Shown here in pieces: positions 24,946 through 37,171 of a DNA stretch of 64,000 nucleotides. The stretch spans positions 8,347,214 to 8,411,213 of the forward strand of contig MU056000.1 of the NCBI GenBank assembly GCA_013239625.1, in the 5' to 3' direction. The DNA comes from Lama guanicoe (lineage: Eukaryota). The notes under the pieces were generated by a model. The model was not told the origin of the DNA. It saw only the letters and a list, made by a program, of their open reading frames with translations, and did no database searches. Position numbers and translations under genes: made by a program. Every line of letters starts with the position of its first letter. The stretch's first letter is position 1.

Positions 24946-25959
24946 CAACTGCTGGCTATTACCACTTACTCATCTTTGTGGGAAATTTTGCCCAGATCTT
25001 CCAAGCTGGGTCAGAAGCCCTTCATCTCTGCCACCAGAGGCAACTTCACCGTGGGGGACATTTAAACAGCAGCCCTCCCAAATCCCCAACTAAACAAGGC
25101 TCAGCTACTCATCTCAAGGCCCCCAGGGATTTTCGGGGTGCTCAGCTTGCAAGAACGGTTCAATAAAGAAAGAATGAACACACGTTGAAGAAACAAATGA
25201 AAAGTAAGCAACACATTTTCAGAAGGTCAACAAAAGTGTCCCTGCCACAGTGAGCTGAGTGAACTACAGAACATTCTGAAAATAGTGATGGAGAACAGGC
25301 ACGTATCTTCCACTGATACTACATTTAAATTTGTAGCAATTTCCGCAATGAGGTTCAGAGACACTAGACTACTTTGCTAAAATTATTCTGTTTTATAATT
25401 TTCAAAATTCTTGCACATGTTCTCTAAATCTGTCTCAAAAATAACCCTGTGCTTTTCAGATTTAGGTATCTCCATTTTTCAAAAATGAATTTAAGGCCGG
25501 AAATAACAAGTGACTAGAGACAGACTCAGTGCTCGAACTCAGGAACCCGCGTCCTGTGACAAGGGCCCTGACGCTTGTATTGAATAGCGCTTGCAGGAGA
25601 GCATCCTTATCAGAACAGCTGCGGCAGAGGGAGCTGAGATGAGGCAGCAGAAAAACCGTAACAACAGTCTGAGACAATGAAGCAGGACTTGGCCGCGAGG
25701 GGCCGAATGTGAGCAGGAAGTAATTCCCTTCTGCGCTCACTCATCATAGATGCAGTCACCCTTTCTGTGAATGAGACGGCGGAGACCACAAAATCAGAGG
25801 TGCTACCGAGAGCTGTCACGGTGACTTGACCCAACAGCATTTACACCAAAGTTACTGCCGATGGTGTCTACTGCTGCTTTATGATAATGCATTTTTGTCA
25901 GATTCTAAAGCTTACGTAGCAGCACCATGAGAAACATACAATGGAGAGCAACCGTAGCA

Positions 25960-26170
25960 CTAATCAAAGACCAGTGAGCACTGTGCTTGGACTCAGGAGA
26001 CACTCTGCACTTACCACCTATGAGATTTGTGACATGCCTATTTATTATAATCCTGGGACTCAGTTTTTTCATCTGTAAAATGGGGGTGATAATATCTACT
26101 TAAAGGTTTGTTACAGGACAAGTAATACAGTGAAATATTAAAAAGGTTACATGTTCTATGAAGGTAAGTG
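25960..26170 (+). mobile_element. MIR
   Basis: MIR core ctcagttttttcatctgtaaaatgggggtgataatatctac. Confidence 0.75.
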
Positions 26171-26567
26171 ATAATAAAAATCTCTCTCTCCATGTATATT
26201 TATGGACTGATTGTGTTGCCTTAAAATTACATGACATTTTACTAAGAATTTAGTTTATTATAATTATAAAATATACATGAAAGAAATTTTCTACCATGAA
26301 GGTAACTAGCAGAACCTAAAACCAGCATCACACTCCACTCCCATTCATATCTTTTGAGTAAATAAATCAATTTGTGAATGCCATTGTAGAAAATAGAGAC
26401 ACACTGTTTTCACATATAATGTGCCACATTTTCATGAAGTTAATAATCACTGAATTGCAGAAATTGTCTAACAGGAGGGTAATTCAGCAATATGACGTCT
26501 GTATTTTATTATGGTAATATTGTGACATTTGACAAGGAATACTTATAAAAGTTTGTGATCATAAAGA

Positions 26568-28360
26568 CTTATAAGCAGAGAACTATAAAACACTGATTAA
26601 AGGAAATGCAAGATGATTTAAAGAAATGAAAAGATGTCCCATGCTCTGGACTGGAAGAATTAATATTGTTAAAATGGCCATACTACCGAAAGCAATCTAC
26701 AGATTTAATGCGATCCATACCCAGGACATTTTTCACAGAACTAGAACAAATAATCCTAAAATTTATATGGAATCACAAAAGAACCAGAATTGCCAAAGCA
26801 ATACTGAAGAAAAAGAACAAAGCAGGAAGAATAACTCTCGCAGACTTCAGACAATGCTACAGAGCGACAGTCATCAAAACAGCATGGTATGGCACAAAAC
26901 CAGACATACGGATCAATGGCACAGAATAGAGAGCCCAGAAATGAACCCACAGATTTACAGTCAATTAATCTTTGACAAAGGAGGCAAGATTATACAATGG
27001 AGAAAAGTCAGTCTCTTCAGCAAGTGGTGTTGGAAAAGTTAGACAGCCGCATGTAAATCAATGAAGTTGGAATACTCCCTCACACCTTACACAAATATAA
27101 ACTCAAAATGGCTTAAAGACTTAAACCTCCTAGAAGAAAACACAGGCAAAACCTTCTCTGACATGAATCTTAGCAATGTTCTCCTAGGACAGTCTACCCA
27201 GGCAATAGAAACAGAAGCAAAAATAAATTTGACCTAATTAAACTTAGAAGCTTCTGCACAGCAAATTATAACAAAACAAAAAGACAACCTACTGAATGGC
27301 AGAAAATATCTGCACATGCGACTGACAAGGGCTTAATTTCCAGAATACACAAACAACCCATACAACTCAATAACAAAAAAACAAACAACCCAATCCTAAA
27401 ATGGGCAGAAGACCTAAACAAGCAATTTTCCAATGAAGACATACAAATGGCCAACAGGCATATGACAAAAATGTTTAATATCGCTAACTATCAGAGAAAT
27501 GCCAATCAAAACTACAAGGTATCACTTCACACCAGTCAGAATGGCCATCATTAAAAAATACCCAAATGATAAATGCTGGAGAGGGTGTGGAAAAAATGGT
27601 AATCGCCTATACTGTTGGTGGGAATGTAGTTTGGTGCAGCCAATCTGAAAAACAGTACGAGATTCCTTTAAAAACTAAAAGCAGAGTAGTCATATGATCC
27701 AGCAATCCTACTCCTGGGCATTTATCAGGAAGAAACTCAAATTTGAAAAGATACATGTACCCAGATGTTCAAAGCAGCACTATTTACAACAGCCAAGACA
27801 TGGAAGCAACCTAAATGTCCACTGACAGATGATTGGATAAAAAAAAGTTGTGCTATATTTATGCAATGGAATACTATTCAGCTATAAAAAGAATGAAATG
27901 TCATTTGCAGCAACATGGATGCATCTGGAGTCATACTAAGTGAAGCAAGACAGAAAGAGAAAGAAAAATACCATATGACAATCACTTATATGGAGAATCT
28001 AAAAAATGAGACAAATGGACTTATTTACAAAACAGAAACAGACTCGTAGACATAGAAAACAAAATCGTGGTTGCCAGAGGAGAAAGGAGGGGGTGGTGGA
28101 AAGACAAATTGGGAGTTTGGGATCTGCGGATATTATTATATATAAAACAGATCAACAGCAAGGCCCTACTGTATACCACAGGAGCCATATTCAATACTTT
28201 GTAATAGCCTATAATGAAAAAGAATATAAAAAAGAAATACATTTATATATACATATATATGTGTGTGTACATATATATAAAACTGAATCACTATGCTGTA
28301 CACCAGAAATTGACACAACATTGTAAACTGAGTATACTTCAATTTTAAAAAAAATAGAAT
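26568..28360 (+). mobile_element. 5'-truncated L1 (~1.8 kb): decayed 3' part of ORF2 plus 3'UTR
   Basis: ORF fragments [75 protein letters not shown] are L1 ORF2, with frameshifts and stops. TSD core TGATCATAAAGA at 26556-26567 and 28370-28381. Confidence 0.96.
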
Positions 28361-30703
28361 AAACATTTCTGATCATAAAGAAATAAGGAATGAGTTAACA
28401 TCAAAATACTTGAAAAGCTAAAGTAAGGAAATTAATTTCCTCCAACTTAATAGAAGGATCTATCATCTCTTTTCAATAGCGTACTCTATAATACAGTAGA
28501 AGTCACTTTGTCACGGCAGTACTAGCCGGAAGGACAGCAAAGGTACAGTACGAAGGAATCACCATTCTTCTCTCTTCCTGCACAAAACTGTGAAGAATAT
28601 TGAGCACTATTCAACCATCAGGGAGAAATCTATCTTGTTCTTTTAAATATAAAATGTATAAGTTTTAAAAGATAATCATTCCAAGTTTGGCAATTTTCAA
28701 ATTGCCGAGATTGTAATATGACTTGAATAAAAGTGACAAAGTCAAAGAAAACTGCTCTTGGATGGGGAAATAAAATCAGCGCCAGGAGTGAGCTAGAAGA
28801 GGTTGGAACCCAATGAATCAGCTCACAGGCACATCACTTCAAAACTGTGGAACTGATGACAAATTCTTACTCCACAACACAGCAGCTTAAATATACAACT
28901 AAACATTAAAAAAAGAAAAAAAAATCTGTCAAACAATGTTACAAACGAATAAGGAAGTGTATTTATTGAAAGCCATATGGTCCTCAAACGCTGCTTCATT
29001 TTTACAATAACAACCAAGAATTGAAACAAAATTAAAAAGCACAAAAACCCCACAGACCTTCTTACTTAAGGCAAGGAGGTGGGGGGAGCAGGAAGCTATG
29101 GCTTAAGAAATCTCTGCTTTCAACAATACACTCTCTTTCCTAAACAATACGCTTGATTGTTTACAATCACCATATAAAACCCTGCTGTACACACTATGAG
29201 TTAAATGAAATTAACAATTCCATAGAGAAGAATGAATCAAGCACACTAACCTGAAGACACACTGAAACGTAAAGGTACACCTTTAGTTAATATAATGATT
29301 CTAACCATGTCAACAGCCTCATTGTTTCGATTTAAAAAAAAAAAAAAGATCCATCAGACAGGGAGTCTCCACAAGGTAGAGACAAAGGAATGTGAATGAA
29401 GTAAATATCTTGACAGAAATGATATGTTTGGTTAATAGGTCACAGAATGTGGTATTTAGGGCGAGTTTTGAAAATTATACTTTCCCCAAACACACATGCA
29501 CTCAACAGATGCATCAATGCTTTGAAAAGTGACTTAAAGACACAAAATTCAGATAAAATTTTTACCGTTTCTGAAGGAAAATTTAATTACACAATAAAGA
29601 AAATTAAGAAATACTCTGGTTCCCAATTATTCAACTGTATCTTTTAAATGTGCTCAATGCCTTTTTCCATGCAAAATGCTAACATTTTCTTTAAGTGTTT
29701 CTCTATAATCTAAAGGTTATGCTGCTAATAATTTTAAAGTCTACAGTTGAAGCTGTAGTTACAAAAGTTCACTGTACACAGTATCTCAAAAACATCATAA
29801 ATGCATTTTTGAATGATTATGCTATCATTAAAACACTGTGTTTTAGCAGATGAATATTTAATAATTTTGAAACATGACTACAATATATTTTTTCATTTTA
29901 ATCTTGGTTACGATTGAACATATAATTACTGGAGATTTTAATTTTCTGCCTTTTACTCTGCCTTTTTCCTAAACTCTCCAGCCAAAAAAAAAGGAAAGAA
30001 AAGAACTATTTTTAAAATAAGGGTGTATGATTCCTAAGCCATCTTAAAAATATAAAACTTGACCTGGAAAAATATTGACAAAGAATAAGGTGTTAAAATG
30101 AAACGAGCCAGAGGCACAGTGAGACAGATTCGGTTTTGTTGAAATCTCGTGGTCTAGACTTTGTCTTATCGGGTAGCAACGAACAAATGCTGGTGAGAGG
30201 ACATAAGGACTGAGGAGGGTCCTGAGGCTGGAGAATGAGAGAGAAAAGACGATGACGCTGAGATGATAAATATAGTATGAAATTTACAAAACTAGGCCGG
30301 CATTGATAAAAGATCTTTTGGAGTTTATCTGTGAGATGTTTGATAAAATCTCTTCTTCTTATGGCCCGAAAGCTATAGAAAAAAATCTCCATCCCTCTTC
30401 AAAGCTTAATCCTAAAAAGCACCTGGGCTGTCCATCTTCATATATTGCCACATGTAAACTCAGCCGAACCAAGAACATGTAAAAGAGGTAACTCCAGTTT
30501 CTAAAGAAGAACAAGATGGAAAGGATCTACACCAAAGACAAAACAAAATTAGTACCATGAAGTCATACTCACTTAAATTACTGAATCTGAAGATATGCTA
30601 TTCTGTAGCATTTAACATATGAAACTTAAATATTCAGAAGTCATGTGGATTTTCTATGACTATATTCTTAGTATGTTGTTTTAGGTCATTTAAAAATAAA
30701 TGG

Positions 30704-30926
30704 GGAGGGGAGGGTATAGCTCAAGTGGTAGAGTGCATGCTTAGTACGCACAGAGTCCTGGGTTCAATCCCCAGGACCTCCTCCAAAAATAAACAAACAA
30801 ACAAATACATAAATCTAATTACCCTCACCAAACAACAACAAAAAACCTAAATAAGTTAATAAACAAAAGGTCACCTAGAAAGTGTAAAGAAAAAGAAATA
30901 GTTTTAAAAATAGTGAAATAAATAAG
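30704..30926 (+). mobile_element. tRNA-Ala-derived camelid SINE (vic-1 type) with long A-rich tail
   Basis: GGGGAGGGTATAGCTCAAGTGGTAGAGTGCATGCTTAGTACGCACAGAGTCCTGGGTTCAATCCCCAGG then aaataaac..ctaattacc tail. Short flanking repeat TAAATGG at 30697-30703 and 30927-30933. Confidence 0.9.
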
Positions 30927-30929
30927 TAA

Positions 30930-31160
30930 ATGGTGGCACAGTATTAAAGAGCACAGATTTCAGATCAAGTCAACTTGGGATTGAAACTCAGCTTTGGAAG
31001 GCACTCCCTTTTACCTTAGGCAGCTTACTTATTTGAATCACACCTTCCTTTCTTTAAGATGAGGTAAAAAATTCCTGCATCATAGAATTGTTGAAGAGAC
31101 GATATGACACACATGACGCGCTTGACACAGACCCTTAGAAATCGATCCGTCTTAACTGTG
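30930..31160 (+). mobile_element. MIR
   Basis: ggcacagtattaaagagcacagatttcagatcaagtcaacttgggattgaaactcagc...accttaggcagcttactt. Confidence 0.7.
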
Positions 31161-31325
31161 ATGGAAGGACAATGGGGCAGGAGCATCTGGCTTTTGATCT
31201 CTGCTGTTCACTCAGAGCACAGACGTGCTCAATAACTATCTGTTGAATGACTAAATAACTATTGTTATTATCAGTAATTATCTTAAGGATATTCCCTAAA
31301 CTTAGGTACCAGTCTAAGCATAATG

Positions 31326-31969
31326 TAGCAGATTCTCTTATATTCTACAAAGTCAGTACAAACATTGAATTAGTGACAAACGAACCACTCTTCCCAGGGG
31401 AAATAAAGGGGTCAGTTCCTGCAAGCCTCTGGTCACAATGTTTTCAACAACCTAGCAATAAGTAACCATGTTTTATGTGAGTTTCTGTTTAAAGACACCT
31501 TTTTCAATACATATTGTTGATTCACTAACATTGAACTCATGGCCAACGGCCCCGTGTCTCATGCCTGAGTGAAGCTTACCTAATAAACGAATTTTCTCCA
31601 TAAGGCTCATCACAGCCTCCTTGCACTTAGGATCACGAGACAGCACTTAAGCACCATGCCTGAGGGCATTGAAACAGCAAAACAAATACAAAAAAAAGCA
31701 CAAAAGTCGAAAAAAAGGGCACTAAGTAGACTGCAGAAAGAACACTTGTTCACAGTATGAGAGCTGAAGAAAAAGGTAGAGTGTGACCTTGTTTGACCTC
31801 AGCTGGGAACATGCATGCCAGGTGGCTGAAATGTTTCCCCACCCTGTGCAAGTCTTGGGGACAACTGACGACAAAAGAAACACTGATAATGATTTTGGGG
31901 TTACAGACAAACTTTAGCAAGCAGGCAAATTTCACAAACATGAAATTTGCAAATAACGAGGACTGAGAG
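31326..31969. mobile_element. MER82 (TcMar-Tigger) near-full-length element
   Basis: Colinear MER82 blocks: gttcctgcaagcctctggtcaca, tttctgtttaaagacacctt, cattgaactcatggccaac, cagtatgagagctgaa, gacctcagctgggaac, gattttggggttaca. Confidence 0.88.
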
Positions 31970-33370
31970 TATATCTAAGAGGGAATATAAGAGACCCCTA
32001 TAAGGATTACATTTGCTGATTTTATATATCTCCCCCTTTTCCCCTTCTCTCTGTTCCACAGTATCCTGAATACTGCTTCTCAAGCAGTAAACAGCCAATA
32101 CTAATAGGAAATAGGTGCTTGCTAAATAGAAAAATGAACACATGTCTAGGAAATTTTAAGTTCAATGGAAATTAAATACACAACAGGACTAAGAACCTCT
32201 CAACTTGGCTTCTCTTCGTAAATAGGTAGAGTAGTCATCCAGAAACATTATACACAGCAAGTCACTTTGAAAGATGTTACCAACAGAAGTACGGCCTTAA
32301 GTGAACATTCCTGGGTTGTGGAATAGTTCGAAGAAACCGCAGTCTGTTAGCTGAGGTTGAGAAAGTTGATACAAAATCACTAGCTTCAGGGACTACAGAA
32401 GTTACCATCGTGTAAAGTCAGTTCAGGAAGAGGCAGCCTGGAAGAAGAGGGCTCGCACGAAGGAAGAAGCTGTTTTAAATACTATATTATTAAAAATGAT
32501 TCTGTCACATCCTGGCACATCGCTTACTGTTCAGGACAAAGGCTAGCAACTGGCTTTAGAGGAAATTAATCCCCTATTATAATCTATCCAAGCTATTGTT
32601 CACGGCAAGCAATGAGTGGAAAAGATGTTCTGTCCTGACGGCTCTGTGTCATGTGCTGGTTTAGGGCTTCTCACGCCACAGGAGCTTGGGAGCAGAAATA
32701 TGACCAGAGATGATTCTTAATGATTTAGGAACGAGAGAGAGAGGACCCACCAAGTCTCTTTCCTCTCTTCTAAGGGAAAGGACAAATAACTCAGAGATGT
32801 TTTCCTGTTTATATCTTTAACTATGCTTTCCCATCTCTGGAGAGTAAATGAAATATTTTTATTCCCTAAAAATGCGACAGTCACGTTTACTTCATTCACA
32901 GAGAAGACTATGCAGGACTTCCTTTTTCTTTGCTTGGGTGCGAGTTTGATGTTTTTCTGCATTATGTAGTCTTGTTATTTTAAAACGGATGCAGGCTTAT
33001 TTACAATAAACAGAGGTTTATTTAGGCCTTAAATACAGAAAAGTAAAATACTGCTATCCATAATCCCTTAATCTGTTCCCTTTCTTTTTCATTATAAATG
33101 TATACAATATTACACATACATATATTAATATTAAAATCGTTATCATTATATATGTAGTCTTGCATAATTTTGAATATTTAATACATAATGAGCATTGTCC
33201 AGTGTCATTAAACAGTCTTCCAAATCAGTTCACATTACCGGTAATGTCTGAATTATTTAAATATCTGCCACCCTTATTATAAGTATTTGTACACTCTTCA
33301 CAGATATCTATAACGCTTTAACATCCTGAGCATGGACAGTGTGCTTCTGCCCCTGCCTGTTAGTGTAAGC

Positions 33371-34374
33371 CAGGATCAACAACCTCCTTCTATAAAGCTG
33401 TAACCCAGCAGGACTCTAGAGGGCCTTCCTGGGACAGATCCCTCCCCCCATGTGCTCTGCCTGCCTCCTGTTTGTGGAAAAGCCACAGTCTCCCAGGCCT
33501 CCCCTGAGTCACAAAAAACTGGCTCAAGAATTAATGATTGAAAAGATGTGAACATGTAGTGACAAAAACAGCATCTGAGTCAAGAGAACTGGTAAGAATT
33601 TAAATAGTAAGTCAGCCATATGGCCATTTAGTTGCTCCCTGAAGTACCTGTATAATGGTATCTGATGCTCATTTCCTGAGTTGTTTTACAGATGCTAAAA
33701 CCCCCACCCGATGGGAGAATTGTTAACTATTTGATGACCATGAGCAAGTAGCCCCCAGACCTACTGGGGCCTAAGGAGAGCCAATGTTAATCCCTGTGAC
33801 CCTGCCCTGTGACCTCACCATCAACCAGTCAGAGAACGGTGCACAAGCTGATCACACACCCTGTGACTTCCCTCCCTCACTTTGCCTTTAAAAGTGCTTT
33901 CCTGAAACCCGTCGGGGAGTTTGGGTTTTCTGAGCACTAGCTGCCTGGGACTCCTTGTCTGGCGCCTGCTTACAATAAATGCTGCACTTTCCTTCACTGC
34001 AACCTGGTGTCGGTGGATTGGCTTTACTGCATGAGGGCAAGAGGAACCAAGTTTGCATCATGTAACAAAGGTACAAACAGTAAATATTTTTGGATTTCTG
34101 GGTCACAAGGTATCCGTCCCAGCTACTCACCTAAGTCACAGCAATCCAAAGCTGTGATACCCAGTGCACATGAACAAAGGCGTTCTGCTGAAACATTACC
34201 TATGGATGCTAAAACCTGAATTTTTACATAACGTTCACATGTCACAGAATATTATTTTTCTTTTGATTTTCTCCCAACTGTTTAAAAATATGAAAAATCA
34301 TTCTTCACATACAGGCCATAAAAAACCGGCAGCAGGCTGGACGTGGCCCCCAGGCCACAGTCTGCAGGGGCCTA
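33371..34374. mobile_element. MER58B (hAT-Charlie) split by an LTR (pieces 33371-33398 and 34068-34374)
   Basis: caggatcaacaacctccttctataaag then gtacaaacagtaaatatttt...gaatttttacataacgttcacatgtcacagaatattattt...tggcccccaggccacagtctgc. 8-bp TSD GTGTAAGC (33363-33370) / GTTTAAGC (34375-34382). Confidence 0.85.
33399..34067 (+). mobile_element. ERV1-class solo LTR (~670 bp)
   Basis: Starts TGTAAC, ends GTAACA. TATA-like ctttaaaa at ~33886, AATAAA at ~33974. 4-bp TSD AAGC/AAGG. Confidence 0.85.
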
Positions 34375-35052
34375 GTTTAAGCCACACTGCACTTTCAGTC
34401 AGTTGCCCTAAGGAAATTTCAAGCTCCCAGGACTGGTCCACTCCCTTCCTAATCAGAAGCCCCTTGCTCCAGAAGGTGGCTACTTCCAGGGCGTTACCTA
34501 TCTTTAATATCTGATCAATAGCAACTATTCTTAATAATTTGCATCAGGATGAGTTTTCATGGGCGAAACCGGTAGCTCGTTAGCATAACAGATGTTAGAA
34601 ATAAGCTCCCATTGTTGAAATCAGTGGTATTCAGTTCCAGCTTTTAACTGTTTTGGGGGGCATTTCAGCATGAGCTCCTGCAGATTTTTTTTTAATTTAA
34701 AGAATGGCCCATGGTAGCTTTACTTGTAGTAGCCAGTAACTGCGAACAACAAACCTCAAAAGGAGACAAGATAGATAAACAAATCCATATCATGCAGTGA
34801 AAAAGGACAAAGCACTCACAGATGTGACACCTGAAGAATCTCAAAAGATTGGAAGTGAAAGAAGCCGGATGCAAAAGGCTGATTGAACGACTCTATGCAG
34901 GTGAATTTTGGGAAGAGGCAAGATTAATCCAGGCTGATGGAAATCACAACAGTGGTCATCTGAGTTGGGGCAGGGGTGGGCATTGGCAAAAAATAGTAAG
35001 AGGCCACTTTCCAGAGGGATGTAAATTCTCTACATCTTGACTGAGGTAGTGA

Positions 35053-35427
35053 TGATGAGACAGGATGGGGGCAGGGCACCGCCATTCAAGGAATGATACA
35101 GCAATTAACATCAAAATGGAGATTCAACCCCTTGAGGCTCAAGGTGGTGGGAGATTTGACTTCTAGTAGACCTTGAGCTTCACTATATGCCTATTGTAAT
35201 GTATTCGCATGGTGAATAACATGCCCACAGGCACCGTGGCAGTCCCAAGGCTAGCCACAAAGGTCACAGAGTGGGAAGTGGCCAACTTCCTAGGAATCCC
35301 AGCCCCAGGCTAGTTAGACTGGTCCTTCCACTAATTCGCATATGAAGCCACTGAGTCCATAAAAACTGGGCCACAGGGTGCCTGTTGGCTGCCTCTCTCT
35401 CTCTGCCTGTCTCTGTCTCTATCTCTG

Positions 35428-35458
<31 letters not shown>

Positions 35459-35739
35459 GTCTCTCTCTCTCTCCCTTTGGAGACGGCCTGCACTCTGTCT
35501 GTGGAGTGGGTACCTACTTTTACTCTAATCTGAGCACCCACCCCCCACAACTCATGGCCTTTCTCTTGCCTTTCAATGTATCTCTCTGAATAAATCTAAC
35601 TTTACTCAACTGTGGCTTGCTCTTGAATTCTTTCCTGTGCAAAGCCAAGGACCCACACTTGGCAGGGCATGTCCCAGGGGCTCAACCGAAGCCTGGGAAA
35701 TGGCCCTTCTCATGCCCCACATCGGTTTTTCCTGCATCA
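35053..35739 (+). mobile_element. ERV1-class solo LTR, MER41-like
   Basis: Terminal inverted repeat TGATG...CATCA, TSD GTGA/GTAA, AATAAA at ~35589. Motifs gatttgacttctagtagaccttgagcttcactata, ggcaccgtggcagtcccaaggctagcca and cttgaattctttcctgtgcaaagccaaggaccc resemble artiodactyl MER41-like LTRs (family assignment from memory). Confidence 0.75.
35393..35473. repeat. (CT)n/(CTCTGT)n compound microsatellite inside the LTR
   Basis: Direct reading of the sequence. Confidence 0.9.
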
Positions 35740-36269
35740 GTAACAAGGGTGTAGACAATTGTCAAAAGGCACTGAAGCACTTAAGGATCTGTCCATTTTA
35801 TTTTACGTTAAAAAAACAAACAAACAGCTCAGGTAATTTCCTTCTCCGATTTCCAAAGGCATTGCCTAGACCTCCACAAAGAGGTCAGTTTCACCCCCAG
35901 TGACGTGGAATGGAGTGTCCAGGCCAGAGGAACTGAAGGAGCTCCTGCAGATTTTAAGGGAGGTCAGAGGAACTCTGAGAACCAGACAGGAATCATATAC
36001 TAACCAGCATGAACTACAAGTATTCAACAACCGATAAGGCTGTGCACTGGCACAGCCCTGCCGAAAAGGACTCTCTGATCTCACAGACTGGGGGACGCCT
36101 CTTTTTGCGCCGCCGTGAGGATCAGTGTCTGTCTTGCTAATGTCTGCAGGCTTCGCAGAATTGGTTTTGAGAACTGCTTCCACTTTTTGCTGTTAAAAAA
36201 ACAAGTTGGGTCTCAGCAGTAGGGTTTCACGTCATTTACAAAGGCGTGATCTAAACCCACAGTTCTTCA

Positions 36270-36440
36270 ATAAAATATTTGCTGAGGTTCCCCTACGTGC
36301 AGGAATGACTGGGGACACAGCGGGAGAAAAAGGCAGGTCTGGTCCCTGCCATGACATTGTTATTATAGAAGAGGGAATAACAAGCAAGCAATTAAAATGT
36401 ATTAAACATTCTTTTCTATGTTATAAGATAATAACAGCGT
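36270..36440 (-). mobile_element. L2 3' end (also in copies B and C)
   Basis: ttcaataaaatatttgctgaggttcccctacgtgcagg...ctggggacacagcgg...ggtccctgccatg. Confidence 0.6.
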
Positions 36441-36555
36441 ACTAAAATAATCACTGAAGTCCCATAATTTCCATTATAATGGAAATCACAGGACAGATTA
36501 CTCTGTGCCAAGCATTGGCCTCAGTGTGACATATATCAACCCCATTATATATACC

Positions 36556-37124
36556 TTTTAGAGCAAGCAGATAGCTGAATATGAGCACGGACCAAACGGC
36601 AGGAAACTGTACATCATGTGAAAAATGGGGGTCCTTGGTCACACTAAGCAGGATTCATAAGACATCCAGATTGATAAGACATCACACATTTGGGCTGACG
36701 AGTGTGCTAGAGGCTGACAAAGAAAGGTGGGAAAGGGCAGGAATCTCCAGTGTCCGAATGTAACCTTTAGCTCATCACAATAAAATTAGCCTTTCAGATG
36801 AGAAGTGCCCATCATGCACTGATGCCATGACACTTTCAATCCAGACTAAATGAGGACAAATCTCCCTCCTTCCCTCGGGAAGGTGGAGCTGGGATGGAAA
36901 TCAGGGAATATGACCCCAAACCCCTCCCTCTCCAATGAATATCCCACCCATTCATTTTTACACTCTATGTGAACAACTTGCCAAAGAAACTCAGCGCAGC
37001 TGCTCAGCTGAGCCTGCCCGCTCTCCCCTTGAGAGCGTACTATCCACCCTTAATAACACTTTGCTTTGTTGACGTCTGTGTCTTGTCTCTGAATTCTGAG
37101 ACAAGAACCTACTCTCCGGCAACA
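36556..37124 (+). mobile_element. ERV1-class solo LTR (MER41/MER50-related), copy A, inserted in a MIR
   Basis: 5' t(t)ttagagcaagcagatagctgaatatgagc; 3' ctgaattctgagacaagaacctactctccggcaaca. MIR sequence on both sides (ctctgtgccaagcatt... and, in copies B/C, ...ttatccccatctttcagatgaggaagctga). Confidence 0.6.
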
Positions 37125-37171
37125 TTTTCAAAATTTCAATCTTATCAGGTAAGTTATCCCTGACATGACAT

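Larger units (their letters stand above)
34700..35815 (+). mobile_element. Old L1M (ME-like) 3' end, split by an LTR
   Basis: gataaacaaatccatatcatgcagtg...tgaagaatctcaaaag...aagtgaaagaagccggatgcaaaag; after the LTR: caagggtgtagacaattgtcaaaa...cacttaaggatctgtccatttt. Confidence 0.65.

Noticed and set aside
25610..25747. Minus-strand ATGATGA...CTGA as a C/D-box snoRNA
   Set aside because: No convincing terminal stem or recognisable rRNA/snRNA guide; short boxes arise by chance.
26626..27042. ORFs of 138 and 87 aa as host genes
   Set aside because: Frameshifted L1 ORF2 fragments within a TSD-flanked truncated L1.
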